From the NCBI RefSeq assembly GCF_964355755.1, contig NC_092678.1, positions 15,295,881 to 15,359,880 on the forward strand: a stretch of 64,000 bases of DNA. The letters run 5' to 3'. How positions within the stretch are numbered: position 1 is the first letter of the stretch; every line of letters begins with the position of its first letter. The notes under the pieces were generated by a model. It made no database searches and was not told the DNA's origin. It saw only the letters and a list, made by a program, of their open reading frames with translations. Source of the DNA: Antedon mediterranea (lineage: Eukaryota; Animalia; Echinodermata). Shown here piece by piece: positions 1-13,700 of this stretch. Made by a program: the position numbers and the translations under genes.

Positions 1-353
1 GGAAACTAATTAAGTCTACAATGATCATTAAAATATCTGGTCAATTTCTTCACTGGACGAGAAAACATAATGTCTATGTTTTTTCTTAAAACAAATGACA
101 ATAAATGATACTTGACTTGACACTGCCAGCAGGCAAAGAGAGGAGATTTTAAAACTTAAAATGATATACTGTTTACAACTTTACAATCTCAAACTATTGG
201 CACTGGCTAAGAGATGGAAGAAAGCCCAAACAGACAAACCAAAGAATGAAGAAGAAGATGAAGACGACCAATGAATCATCAAACATATCATAATGTTCAC
301 AAATAAATGCGAATTAATATACACCAAAATAAAATACTTTGTTTATGAATCAG

Positions 354-435
354 AGTCAGAAGCTAACGAGGCGAATCAGCTAGTGCCAGTTACAGAGACA
401 AAGGCAGAATCAGAGCCAGGCTCAGTACCTCGGAC
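354..435 (+). pseudogene. Truncated paralogous copy of the linker exon at 2050-2196 (ESEANEANQLVPVTETKAESEPGSVPR)
   Basis: About 110-435 aligns as a direct repeat with about 1910-2132, including the acceptor aatcag|AG. No frame-preserving donor is evident. Confidence 0.55.
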
Positions 436-641
436 ATACATTAATGTAGCCATTTTGTTTTATTTGGAGTACTATGTACCATTATAATGATGAAAGCAGA
501 AATATTTGTAAATGGATGTTTATGATTTTGTTATGGCAGTAAGCCAAACTATATTTCTTTTGATAACTGAGATAACAATTCAAATTGAATTTCTGATAAT
601 AAGAAGGTACAATTATTACATATAAAACTTTGTTTTTGCAG

Positions 642-1193
642 AAAACCAAAAAGTAAATAAAATGACAGACTTGAATGAGCATTTCAAAGACTTAAAAGCT
701 AATCTTAGTAAACATTATGCTGGTGATCACTATCGTTTGGTAAAACTATGCTTATACGATCACTTGCCCTTGGGAGACTTTGAAGGGCGTGGCTTAACAG
801 CACACAATTTGTTTAATAAACTCCAGGCAAAAGGTTATATCGAACCTTCTAATGTCAAGTTACTCATGGAGATCGCAAAACTGACAGAATTTAAGGTTGC
901 TGAAATTCTTGTACTAGAGTATGTTAAGGATAACAATATTAAACAAACTCAAATTAATATAAAACCAATGTCGCCATATCGAAAACGGTTGTTTGATGCT
1001 TTACAACAAGTTGAAGGAGACAGTTTATCAAATGTTATTGCTTACTACAACCTTGAACATTTTGGATTAAAAAATATCTGGGATGTAGTTTTCAAATTAG
1101 AGAGTAACGAAGAATTGAAAGATGAACCAGGCAAAATAGAGAAATTTGCAAGTCTTCTTAATGAACGTGCTAAGAAGCTACTACTTGATAGAG
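642..1193 (+). CDS. Tandem death-effector-domain (DED)-like exon, phase 1-1, ATG at 662
   Basis: Acceptor ttttgcag|642 and donor GAG|gtaat at 1194; 552-nt open frame. Two helical repeats with death-fold-like motifs (LFNKLQAKGYIEPSNVKLLMEI...; SPYRKRLF...IWDVVFKLE). The domain call is by motif resemblance only. Confidence 0.65.
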
Positions 1194-1633
1194 GTAATAT
1201 AATTAATATATTCGTTCACTTACAAGTACCAATCATTTTCAATAATTGGGATAAACATTATGCTAAAATGTGTATTCTAGTACAATTTCAACAAGTCTTT
1301 TTTACCAGCGAAGCTCGTTTGATAAGGCGCTGACATTAGTATTATTTAGTCAAGTTAGGATACCTAAAATTGTGGTTTCAGATCATTATGATAATCATAA
1401 TGTAACACAAAGAATCTGGAATTTATAATTTGTTTGGAAATATGAGGCATCCAGTTCAAATCAAAGTATATCATATTTATTATGGTTTTGGTTATGGATT
1501 AAGTGAATATTAATTAAAAGTTTCAACTATCTTAGCCTAATTATTCACTGTCACACAGAACAAGAACAATTGTGATACGTATGTTGTTTACAACATTGCG
1601 TACAAATAATGAACACAATTTGATCACTTTTAG

Positions 1634-3218
1634 GAAATTGCGACGAAAGCGAAGGCGCACCACTGAGTCGCCCAAGTGAAGGTAAATAACCAATAGATAA
1701 AGATAATAATATATTAGGTATTGTCATGATGTGTTTAAATATATTTTGTTATTTTGACACAGTCTATTTTAAGTCAATACTAACTAAATACATAATCTAT
1801 GAATATTCTTCTCTCTTTTAAGAAACTATTCAATAATGTTTGATAAAAAAAAAGTTGTCTTAAATTAAAACATTTAAGGATTTTGGTTCTTAATTAGAAA
1901 ATAGGTAAAAAGTTGACTTCATACTGTGACCAGACGACGGAGGGTTTTAAAACCTAAAATGACATACTTTTTTAAAACGTTACAATGTATCGTAATGTTA
2001 ACAAATGCGAATTAATAAACATCAAATAAAATATTGTTTTATGAATCAGAGTCAGGAGCTAACCAGGCGAATCAGCTATTGCCGGTTACAGAGACAAAGC
2101 CAAAGTCAAAGCCAGACTCAGTACCTCGGGCAAATGAAGACCATGAGCCAATGCCAGGGGTAGCACCAGTACATGTGCCATCTACAGGACATCAATGTAA
2201 CTATAATAGTATTATTTATGACTAATAATAATAGTAATATGTATCACTAGCAGAAGATTTAAATATTCTTTTGCAAACATACCTTTATAGTTTGTAAACC
2301 AATATGTTATTTCTTTCTATTTCTTTCTTTTTTGTTGCATTTTGTTAACAATCGCATTTTTTTCACTTTAGTGTTTTACATTTTTAATTAAAAATTGTTT
2401 GTTTAAATTTATAAAATAACATAACCTTTTATTTTCCACAATTCAATAACTAAGGTAACAATACTTCCCAAAGAATATTAACTCTAATTGGCTTTGTCTG
2501 CTAGTAATTACAACAGACCTACAATCTAGATGTTTTTGATGACCATATGTTTTATAATAATATATAATAAAGTGGTTTTTTTTACGTTTGAGTTAATTTT
2601 ACTATTGGGGCTCTATACGTTTTAAAGATTATTTCGTTTTAAAAAAGCGATAATTTATAGCGTTTTTTTGTGTTAATTTTTACGTTTTGCGCGCGTTTAT
2701 TTTACAAGTTGCGTTGCGGCACTACATAATACTCTCACCTTATAAATATAAATATTGTTTTATTAATGGGTCTCTACATGTTTTAATGCTTATTTTGTAA
2801 GAAAAATGTTTTACGAATTGAGTTATTATGTTAGTGTGTTTTTTTCATATTTTTACTTTTGGATTGATTTTACGATTTATAAATATGTATTGTTTATGTG
2901 ATATTGAATTTTGACAATGTGAATTGTATTTGTTAAAGGTGTTGTTGGAGCATCAAGTTCATATCCAGGTATGTTATATTTGTGTTGGTAATGTTTTAGA
3001 TTAAGTGGTTATTAATTAAAATGCACAAGTAACCTCACTGTCGCCCATGGATAGAACAGAGAACTGGAAATGGGCGTGTTTTTTACGAATAACAATTGAT
3101 AACATTCTGTGCCATGTTTAATAAATTCATATAAAGTAACATCTCATCGTGATACTTTTAGGCAATAGTGACGAAAATGAAGGCGCATCATCGAGTCACC
3201 GATTTCATCCAAGTGAAG
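1634..3218 (+). CDS. Four short phase 1-1 linker exons of the DED-like gene: 1634-1681, 2050-2196, 2939-2968, 3162-3218
   Basis: Each has AG/GT boundaries and a length divisible by 3 (48, 147, 30, 57 nt), and they read in frame after 1193 as a low-complexity E/S/P-rich linker. Exons 1634 and 3162 are paralogous (GNCDESEGAP..PSE vs GNSDENEGAS..PSE). Confidence 0.6.
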
Positions 3219-3538
3219 GTAACTTACTAGTAGACCAAGACTACAATGCAATAACTATGGTCATGATAATGAATAACACGTTGACAAATAATTGTTAATA
3301 ATCATGACACTGTTACTCATAAAGTTAGAGTCCTATACACTTATGCAAAATAATATAATGTTCACTATAAAGTGTACATTATGAGTGTACAATATGATAT
3401 ACAAATTGGTGTTTCATTACTTAATTATATAAGCATAATCTTAAAGCAAGTGACAACAGTGATTATATTCATGTTAACCATTCTACTGTATTGATTACAT
3501 AATAATATTGTAAACATTGTTTTTATTTAACCATGTAG

Positions 3539-4031
3539 ATCTTTCGGACGATGAGTTTAAACAGTTCATTACATAGTTTGCACAATGGTATGATGAACGT
3601 GAACTCCTTAACAGACTGAAAGTTCTGTTCAAAAAAATGCAGGTGATTTTGAAGCGGTGATTAGAGTTACCAGTACAATGGAACTGTTAGCACTGTTAAC
3701 TGATTCTGGGCTGTTAAGTTGACACAATCTGGCTGTACTGTTTGACACAATACAGATAACTAAACAAAATGGCTTTGAGGACATGGTTAAAAATAAGCTT
3801 CCTTTTTTCAAGGTTTGAGACCCAAACTACATTGTCATTTTCACCACCATAAATCTGTTTAATCTGGGAAAAAGTCTCAGTGACTCAGATGTGAAAACTC
3901 TTGTTGGACGATACAACTTTCCTTTTTTAAAGAGGTATGCAGATAATTGGAGTTTGATTTTAGATTTTGAAAAGCGAGGGATCTTGAGTGAAGACAACAT
4001 TAAATTGTTTAAAAATAATTTGGAAAGTTAA
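3539..4031 (+). pseudogene. Decayed terminal exon encoding a second tandem DED-like module
   Basis: Acceptor catgtag|3539. Conceptual translation DLSDDEFKQFIT*FAQWYDERELLNRLKVLFK/..TMELLALLTDSGLLS*HNLAVLFDTI...NWSLILDFEKRGILSEDNIKLF. TAG at 3574-3576, a frameshift in the A-run near 3635 and further TGA stops. Confidence 0.6.
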
Positions 4032-4394
4032 ACTAAATGTAGACTTTGTGGTGCTATGTTTTAACCAATTATGCAATTGATATTATTATGTATGCACTAG
4101 GCCTATACAAATTTACTTATGGGAACATTTCAGTAAATCTCGCGTACCGTAACTGCTATAATTGATAAAAAAATGTTCCGTAATCGTTTTAGCTTAAATA
4201 CTTCAGAATTTTTTTATCACTACCGATACGATTCTGCGAACTGTTTGATAATAATACTGTAATAATAACAACTAGAGTATTTTTTATTTGGGAACACTTT
4301 TAAGAAAGCACATAACTGTCCAACTGTACCATTTTCACGTTTGCTTGCGCACTTCTATTTTATGTTGCAATGCAGTTTATGCATTGGTACCATA

Positions 4395-4550
4395 GTACAG
4401 GTATTATATATAAGTAAATAATTAATTATATAACTCCTAAATACATTACTGCCATTTGCTTAGACGATTGTGGGTCACATGGGGTGCAATAGTACGCACT
4501 ATTAAACGATCGTTTAATAGTACTTTTCTCCGTGTACAAAAAAAAATCTT
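4395..4550 (-). repeat. Dispersed repeat, inverted copy of 35225-35362
   Basis: tgggtcacatgg..tgcaatagtacgcactatt.aacgatcgtt.aatagtacttt is the reverse complement of the segment at 35260-35316. Confidence 0.7.
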
Positions 4551-6037
4551 TTCGGAAAATATTTTGATTATTCGATTTCTTCTGAAATACAACAGCGACA
4601 CCTATTTTGTACTTTCGTCGCCGCCAATGTTATTGTTATGACTGGTTTACCTATGTAAGTTCCTTTTTTGAGAAATATTTAATTATTATTTAATTAACTA
4701 ATTTAGATCAAAAAAGCATTTAAATTAACTTTAGATCGTTTTTAGGATTTTTATTAATTAATGGTGAACATCTCTAAAGGACGTGGAATCGTTGGAGAAA
4801 ACATAATTAGCTTAGATGTGTTCCATTTGCCTGTCGAAATTTCGTATTGCTGTCTTTCAGCATAAGCCTAGTAGTAGGCCTAGGATTGTTTGGTCGTTTG
4901 TTTGTTGACATAATTAACACTACAGTAGGTGCATTTATAAAATCCATATCAATAATAATATTTAATATAATTTTTAAACACTAGATGTTTCTGTTTTAAT
5001 CAATGATAATTGGTGAAGCAAACGTCGGCCTTGGCTAGGCCTACCATTTATTTGACTCAAAGGACAGGAATAATATAATACGTTTTTATGATACCGAACT
5101 ATAATGCAACTCATGAGGTAATTACTGAAAATGTAAATGATGTGGGTATCAGTGACTGGATTTCAATAAAGATACAAATTCAAAAGCAAAATGCTAAATT
5201 AAAATGACAAAGTTAATCAGGCAAAACAGAGCTTTTGTGTATCACTAACTCTTCCACCATACAAGTAGTAATACATATAGTAATGCAGTAATATAGAAGT
5301 ATATTAACGTCTATTTCAATTCAGACGTATTTTTGGCAATCGATTGGAAACCCCACATTTAAATATATATTTGTATATCATATAGAATTAAGATATGCTT
5401 AAATTACTTAGAAAAATGAATTGTTAATTGCAGAATTTGATATTATATTTATTGTGTGTGTATCTGTTACCGTTGCGTTGGTCCTGTTGTTGGTACCATG
5501 AAATATACAGTAAAGTACAAATAAATGCTTTTTAAATCAGCATCTCATGCATTTTGGTAAATTGAAAATATGCAGAAGTTATTAAACAGTGCCTCTTTGT
5601 AAGTACTATTCCATGTGTCCAGGACTTCTAGGTTATATTATTGTAATAATAGTTTACTCTGAGAAATACAGAACAAGACACAAGTTACTAAAATGATGTG
5701 TCTAAGCTGCTGCTAAACATCACATTAAGTAATTGTAGCCAATATGTTTGCACCGGCATTTACAGATTTACACTGACTACCGGTATTTTGTGTATTTTCT
5801 ACAATAAGCGATCATGTAATGTTTGTAACTTTCTAACTTTTTTTATCGATAATATACTGTAATTTTGTATTGTTTAAACCTCTTTTAATATTGATAATGT
5901 TTAGTACATTGACATTTTACAGACGAAAATAGATAATAACAAATGATGTGAATATGAAGGCAATAAACTACTACTACTATTGACTTGTTTGAATTACTAT
6001 GTGTTGTATTCTTGAATTATTTACTCACCAGACTCAT

Positions 6038-6330
6038 ACACTCTTAAAACAAAGTGACCAAAATCGGATAAATTTGTAACCGTAAATGTTGACATTTTTG
6101 GGGTAAAAACAAACCGTGAACGTGCCAAAGTTGGGTCAATAAATGGTCATAATGACCCAATATTTTGGGGTAAGCTGACCCAACAAATTGGGTTGGGTCA
6201 TTAGAACTGGGTTGTGGTGACCCAAGTTGAGGCATTAAAACTGGGTCATGGTGACCCAATATTGGGTTATAGTAACTAAGTAGATTGCAATAAATGTTGG
6301 GTCATTACAACCATATTTTGGGTCAAATCA
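6038..6330. mobile_element. Non-autonomous DNA transposon fragment (CACTC-like end) with tgacccaa/ttgggtca subterminal repeats
   Basis: Starts cactcttaaaa and carries about 10 dispersed copies of (t)gacccaa or ttgggtc in both orientations. The other end was not found. Confidence 0.4.
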
Positions 6331-7125
6331 GATGAATAAAATAACAAAACTAATTATCCATATCATTTGATATTTTATTCAACTCATTACATTATTGAAT
6401 TATTGAGTACTAGCGTAATTGAGTGTTATTAATAAATTGGAGAGGGTACTATGTTAGCGCATACGGTACCTATTGTAATTAATATTATTTTTTTCTTAAT
6501 CACAAAAAATAATAAATTAATTTGCTTTCATTATCAAAATCACATTATCATAACTATGATCAGTCTTTTTATATATAAAATAAACAGGAAAATCTATTTT
6601 TTTAGCGCAGAATGTCCTCGCAGTATCGTTCAGTAATATATACCACCTGTCACCCCTGATGCTTTAATTTAGTAAATACTGGTAGGGGTGATCACAGAAC
6701 AGATATTGCAGTAAAACAACTTCCTTTAGTTTTCTTATTTGTACAATAATAGATTACAATGACGCAGAAAGGAAGTCTATAAAGATGTGTATTGTATAAC
6801 GGAAGTTGTACCAAAATAGTTAATTTAAGTTTCAGGATACCGGTGCTTTTTAATGACATGCCACGAATTGTATTTATTGACGCTAAATAATAATATTTGA
6901 GAAAATAGTATGACAATAGCTAAACTTCGTGTTACAGTTGACATATTTCTTACTGCCCAAAGAACGGACGGAATATTTAAAAATAGGCATACTGACTTCT
7001 AAATTATCTGTCAAAGTTAATAAAAAAATATTATAAGACTCTAATATAATAGGATCAAGTCACCATGCCGACGTATGTGCAGCAAATCGGCAATACGGAC
7101 GTTTGAATTCGCAGTCCGTACTCAC

Positions 7126-7380
7126 TGACGTCATAACATCTAAAAATTAATTTCGATTGGGCCACTGTATCTTAGCGTGTACCTGCACGGACATAATTAA
7201 GTAGCCTACCATACAAAAAGGCGGAAGGATGTATATATTGTTAATCTGACGTATATAAGAACATTTCTATTGGTTATGTTGCATTGTATTACTTTGAACC
7301 GGACGCATACTGTGGCTATAAAGCTTCGAATGGTACCACTTTGCTTTCTATCAACGGTGGGAGAGTGTTGGCCTAAAAAG
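7126..7380 (+). promoter_or_regulatory. Putative ITIH-like promoter and short non-coding first exon
   Basis: CRE TGACGTCA at 7126-7133, reverse CCAAT (ATTGG) at 7269-7273, TATAAA at 7317-7322, strong donor AAG|gtaagt at 7381, acceptor at 7771 just before ATG 7779. Confidence 0.55.
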
Positions 7381-7778
7381 GTAAGTGGTTGCTTATTAAA
7401 ATCTTTCAATTAACTTTTTGCCAGTTAGCATGCCACTTTAATTAAAGTGGCTTCCTAACAACTTTGTTGCGCACTTTTTAGTACGTACAGTATCTGTATA
7501 ACTTTTACCCTTTGTAAAACTCTTTTAGGGATAAAACACATTGCTTGGTGGTTGGGGGTAAAATACTAACAATAGCCTTTATTAATGCTTCCTTAAAGCC
7601 ACATTGCAGAGCAAAATACGTACAGCCTATATTCTCTTCTTAAGTTATATGCTTTGTGACAAAAAATAACCCATTGAGTGCAAATATAGAAAATGAATAG
7701 CCGCTTCGTAGCAAATGTAGAGGCTTTTAAGATGCAGCAGTTTAAAAATTGAGTTTGTTTCGAAATGTAGGTATAATT

Positions 7779-10700
7779 ATGGGTAGACTTTCGTTGTTGA
7801 CATTAGCGTGCATGGTGACGTGGGTGTGTTTCGTAGTTACGAAACATTCAAATGCTACACCTCTGGCCGTGATAGTACCAGTCACTAATTTTGAAGGGGA
7901 TACACACATTGACGAAGAAGATCTGAATTTAGAGGTAAGGTTGCGTAATACGTTTCACCAACACATTGCTGCAAAATTAAATACCACAATCAGTTATCTA
8001 TTATCTATAAAAATGGGTGTAATTGATTCCTAAATAACTTATCAATAATACATTTTTGGCTCAGTTGTGCATGTGTAACTTATTATTGCAAACACGTGAT
8101 AACGTGAATATTGCGGATTTGACTGCGTTAAAACTGCTCTTCTACCTCGACAAAATAATTAAATCGGAACATGTACTGTATATTGCACTAAAAGAACATT
8201 CAATATAAAAAGTTTGTCTAAAATTAAATCCATTATTATTATGTTTTGCCTAAATAAATACAAGTACAGTTTGCCTTTACTTACAAGAGATACACGGGCC
8301 TATAATCTATTATTTTCAGAGAGGAGAGCGCGATGTTGGATCGGGTGATGAGCCTAAGCCTGAGAAAAATAGACTGGTGAGTAGCATTCTTTTTTGTCTA
8401 TTTTTGTTTAAAACAATTGTTTGACAATACAAGAATAATAATAGGCCTAAACAGTCTTAACGTCAGATTGTTTCTTTTGTACTGAAGGAAATCAAACATT
8501 TTTATGAACAGATTATGCCTGTGGCTACTATTTCAATGGGTATCAATATATTTTTGTTTAACTTGAAAAATTGCGAATATGTATACTGTATGTATTTTTG
8601 TTGAACATTATTATTATTTCGGTATGTTTTTTTTTCAGAGGAAACCCGAGATATCTAAGCTACAGATTCGTGGTCGTGTGACATCTAGATTTTCGAGTAC
8701 CACTGTCACCAGCGTTCTTAGAAACCGAGCCGATGAAGCAGCGGAGGCCGTGTTTGTCATCAGACTTCCAGAAGAAGCATTTATTGCTAACTTTTCAATG
8801 TAGGTCTATTATTAGAAAATAAAAAGAGGATAGTTTAATGCGATTAATGATTTAGAATAAAAATGTTTTCTTAGTTTACGTATCCACAGAAGAGTAAAAA
8901 TTACAATGAATTACAATGATAAACATTTCGGAAACGTTTTACAATTTTGTTGATAGCTAATGTCAGCTGCTGCTTTTAAAGATTTTTTTTCGAGAATTTT
9001 TTCAACTTTCGTAATTGCTAGTTGATACCGAAGTAGTTAAGGTGATGTCATTAATAATGTTGTACTTTCGACAGCATACAGTAGTTGAAACACTTAAACT
9101 TTATTACAAATTTTTGCAAATATATTTTGTTGTTACGTTGTTTAAAAATGTGATTTTAAACGTTCTAGCTATTTATATTTACCTTATACAGGTGATCTTT
9201 TTAAATATTAAATTAAAATCTGATTACAAAATTACGAAAAAAATCTTAAAAGCAGCAGCTGACTTACAAAATAATTGCAATGTGATGTTACTCTTTTCTC
9301 TGGTAAAAAAAATGTTGTAATGTAACACTGCAACCAGAAGTCTTTTTCCCGCCTGATATTAGTGCGCTTTCGATTTGAGATGGTAGACAAAGAAGACTGT
9401 AATTTAACAGGCTGTGTAACGTGGACGGGTTACATGTTCCACTCGTCATGGTCTGTTGCTGTCTCGTTTGTCTATGATACCAAAACAAACAAACTTTTGT
9501 TCATTAGGCTTATTGTTTTGTGGCAGTTTATTTGAGACTATATAAATATATAAATAAATAATAATTAAGTTTGCCACTACATAATAAGCATCATGTTTGT
9601 ATAGATATTTTTAGATCAATTTTCAAAAATAAAATACAATAATTTAACAAGCATACAGTAGTTACATGCAATATGATTTGTTAAAAATTGCTATGACTAT
9701 GTTTTAAGGGAAATAGATGGAGTTGTGTATCCTGCGAATATAGAAGAAAAAGAAAAGGCTCAAAAGATATACGACGACGCAAGAGACAGAGGTCAGAGTG
9801 CAGGCCAAGTAAAACAAACGTAAGTATTATGAAGTATACTATAATACAAAACCAGTTTAAAAGTCTTATAGTACGATACGTTGACGATACTATCAAACAA
9901 TCAATGTATTTACTCTTTAAAACAGATTTGAAGAGAAACGGTGAAGAGAGCAACACAACACAATATTAATTTCTGTTAAATCTGATTGTAATGTTTAGTC
10001 TGAGTTAAACAATTTCCAAATCATCGTATCATTGTTTACTATTCCATTATATTTAAGGTCAGAAAAGGTAAATAGTTTTAAGGTATCTGTTAGTGTGGCC
10101 AAGAAAACATTCGTTACATTTGAACTGATATACCAAGAAATGCTGACACGCAAAAATGGTTATTTTGAGCATCGAACAAGTATTCGCCCAGGACAGGTAA
10201 GTGCAATTTTACCCTGTTTTCTAAGTATTATCAGCAAAATCTAAATGTATCTCAATCTAAACTGTCTGAATACAACACATTATTCTAAGACAGAACAATT
10301 AAAAAATAAATATATATTCATTTTCGTTTCAGTAAAAATTAATGGTTTGTATTCATTGAATGGGGAAATTATCTATTTCTATCTATTTTTAAACAAAACA
10401 ATAAATATTTGTGTAAGCAAGATACGAATTTGATCGATTTGGATATCATGGTGTAGAGAGACAATTTATTATACCACAGCATTGACATCTGGAGGCCAAA
10501 TCCTAAGACAGAATGTGTCTCTTAGTTTGATATTGTCTAAAAAATCTGCCAACCCGTGTTCTTTTTTTTAGATTGTTAAAACTATTGACATGCAAGTGGC
10601 TATCCTTGAAAGTCAAGGATTGACCGAAGTTAATACAAGTTGGGTCGGGGATGGAAATAAAAACGACGTAATAACAATACATGATGTTGGCGAAATAAAA

Positions 10701-13700
10701 CTTAAAGGCAAAGATACACGATGTTTCATATCGTATGAACCAACTGCTGACGAACAACGAGAAGATTCAGAAGATGGACTAGAGGGGGATTTCGTTATCC
10801 GTTACGACGTTGATCATCCAAAAAGCGGAGGTGAACTGCAGGTGATATATTGATATTACTTGTACTTAGCTGCATCTTTATTTTGTTAATGTCATAGCTC
10901 GTTTTCCAGTCGTGACGGTTTAACCGTGATAAATTAACCTTCTGTCTGAGAATACGTCCAGGGCGAGAAATTACGCGACGTCTCAGGAAAAAATCATGAA
11001 TAATGCATAAGATTACTTATTGTCTGTGTAAGCCTAAAGATAGCCAAAACCTATTTCTTAAATATGACAACCTAAATAATCTTTCTCAACTATTAATACA
11101 TCTACTATTTTGGTGTGATTCGAACCCATGGTTTCAATTCTATAAGTATATACAATGTCGCGCGACGCAAGCTGGTTTGCCGACAACCTATTTGATATAT
11201 CTATGTCCATGCATATATAGAGCCTTTTACAACCGTCCTTAAGAAGCGGTCCTTTAATAGAGGTGGTGGTCCTTAAAAAAAGTCGTCACTGACAAGAGGT
11301 GTGGTCGTTCAGAGAGGAGATCACTTCCAAGAGGTGGTCAATTATAAGAAGCGGTCCCTTAAACGAGAAGGTGGTCGTTCAATAGAGGTCGTTGTGACTG
11401 GAGATAGTCGATTATGAGAATCGGTCCTTTAATAGAGAGAAAAAGTTTGTGGTCCCTTAAAAGAGGTGGCTAAGATAGCTAAGTAAAGATCGATACATTG
11501 CACAAGGTTTAGACATTTTTGTAAAATATATAGTTTTCTACCTTAGCTGGCGATAGTAACTACATAAGCTGGGAGGCAATTTTCGTTACTACACAAGCTG
11601 TTGACCGTTTCTACATTAGTTGGTGTTGATTTTTATTTACTACATAAGCTGTTGGGGTTTCTACATTAGCTAAATGTTTTACTACATTAGCGGTGAATTT
11701 TTCTAAATTAACGGTTGTTTCGACATTAGCTGGCGTTTTCTAAATTAGCGGTTGTAACAGAGTCCATAATGTAGATTTCTGTCGAGTACGTCGAGTAATA
11801 AACGATTCGCGTCCTGGACAAATTGAAAGCTCGCTGATTTATCAAAACAATGTAACTGTTTGTTTAAATATATCTACACAACGTTAAGCTCTGTCTAAAC
11901 GTACTATCAAACATTTTAAACTAAACAGTATGATGTATGTGCCATGGACATGATGTCATATCACAACCATGTGTTGCCAAACTAGTAGACAGAGCTATAC
12001 TTTCGAAAAGTCCAACATTGGATGTATTTACTTTTTTATTTTACAGATTGTGAATGGCTATTTTGTCCATTACTTTTCACCAGAAGGTCTTCCAGTGGTT
12101 CGTAAGAATGTTGTGTTTGTTATTGATGTCAGTGGATCAATGAATGGACGGAAGATTCAGCAAACAAAGGAAGCTATGTACACGATTTTAGATGATATGA
12201 GAGAAGTTGATTTTTTTAATATCGTAACTTTTACTGATATTACAACCACGTGGAAGAACACGCTTCAGCAAGCAACTTATACAAATATTCAACGTGCTAA
12301 GAAGTTTGTAAAATCATTAACCGCCCTCTACGGTAAGAGTTCACTCTTCTCTGATAAACTGATAAATGATGCCTAAGCTGGAAATACGTCGCCCTCTATT
12401 GACTAATATTAATTATTATGATGATTTAGGCCTAGGCATAGACATTCATGAATAAGTCAGTACCTATACAACAAAACCCTGAAATAATCAGAATCTGCAG
12501 GTGTTATGAGATAGTAACTAAATACTTAACACATTCACGTTATAACTTGTCTGTAGATAGAACCTACTGGCGCATATTACCGATGTAATAAAAGTATTCA
12601 ACACCTCGATTCATTACTAGGTGAATTGCGATAGTCAGTGAGAATCTATCCCATGACTGATGTTAAATATAGAAAAAATCGCTAATAATATTAATCCATT
12701 ATTATTGTATTACCAAATAGTAACAGTTTTTTTTGTCACTTTTTGTCATTACTAATAAACAATAGTATAGTCATGTCTCGGGATTGTTCTATAGTCACAA
12801 CCAGCGCCTCTATGAATTGGTGACTAGTTGGGAGCAGGAACGCTGCCGTTTTGATTTAACGGAAAGTATTCACGACTTTTTTTTCTTCTTTTTTGTCTAT
12901 AGGAACAAACCTAAATGAGGGACTGATAGATGGTATACAACTATTACAGAGGCTCACAGAAAACACAGAAGACAGCATACATGGGGTGTCCATGGTGATC
13001 ATGCTGACTGACGGGCAGCCAACGAATGGTGAAACCAGACTAAACGTTATAGAAAAAAATGTAGAACAAGCAATAGATGGAAAGTATTCTCTTTTTAACC
13101 TTGGCTTTGGTGACAATGTTGATTTCACTTTTCTAGAGAAGTTAGCTTTAAGAAATCGTGGCCTGGCAAGAAAGATATACGATGACTCAAAGGCTAGCGT
13201 TCAGCTTGAAGGGTTCTTTGATGAGGTTGCAACACCTCTTCTTTACAACGTCGTTTTCAATTACCCAGAAGAGATTGTGGAAATCAACAGCTTATCTCAG
13301 ACGACTTTTCCAAATTACTTTAAAGGCACAGAACTAGTTGTTACTGGAAAGATAAAAAAATCGCATATGAGTAATGAGGTCCTTGAAATGACAATTGGTG
13401 CGAATTCCGTCGAGACTGCTATTGAATTTCCACTATCAGTTGAAACAGAAGTGGTAAGTAATATTAGTAAAACAGCACACTCTTAACAGTTTCAAATGTT
13501 AGCTAGTTAATTGTATCCTTCAGTGATTGAGATCAGATGGTTTATCTGTGTCTGCAACACAATCAGTTCAATGCCCATTTAAAGACACCGCGTGCGCGCG
13601 GGGAAAATATATACATACAGTACTGTTGGTATTTATCGCAGCCAGACGTAAGATCAAAGGACTGTCACGTGTTCCTATCCTAGCAGGGCAAACTTAGTAT

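Noticed and set aside
1194-1333. C-terminal 46 aa of the 223-aa ORF
   Set aside because: Read-through into the intron after a good donor at 1194.
11100-11190. tRNA gene on the minus strand (ggttcgaatc B-box)
   Set aside because: No cloverleaf can be built; at most a decayed SINE head.
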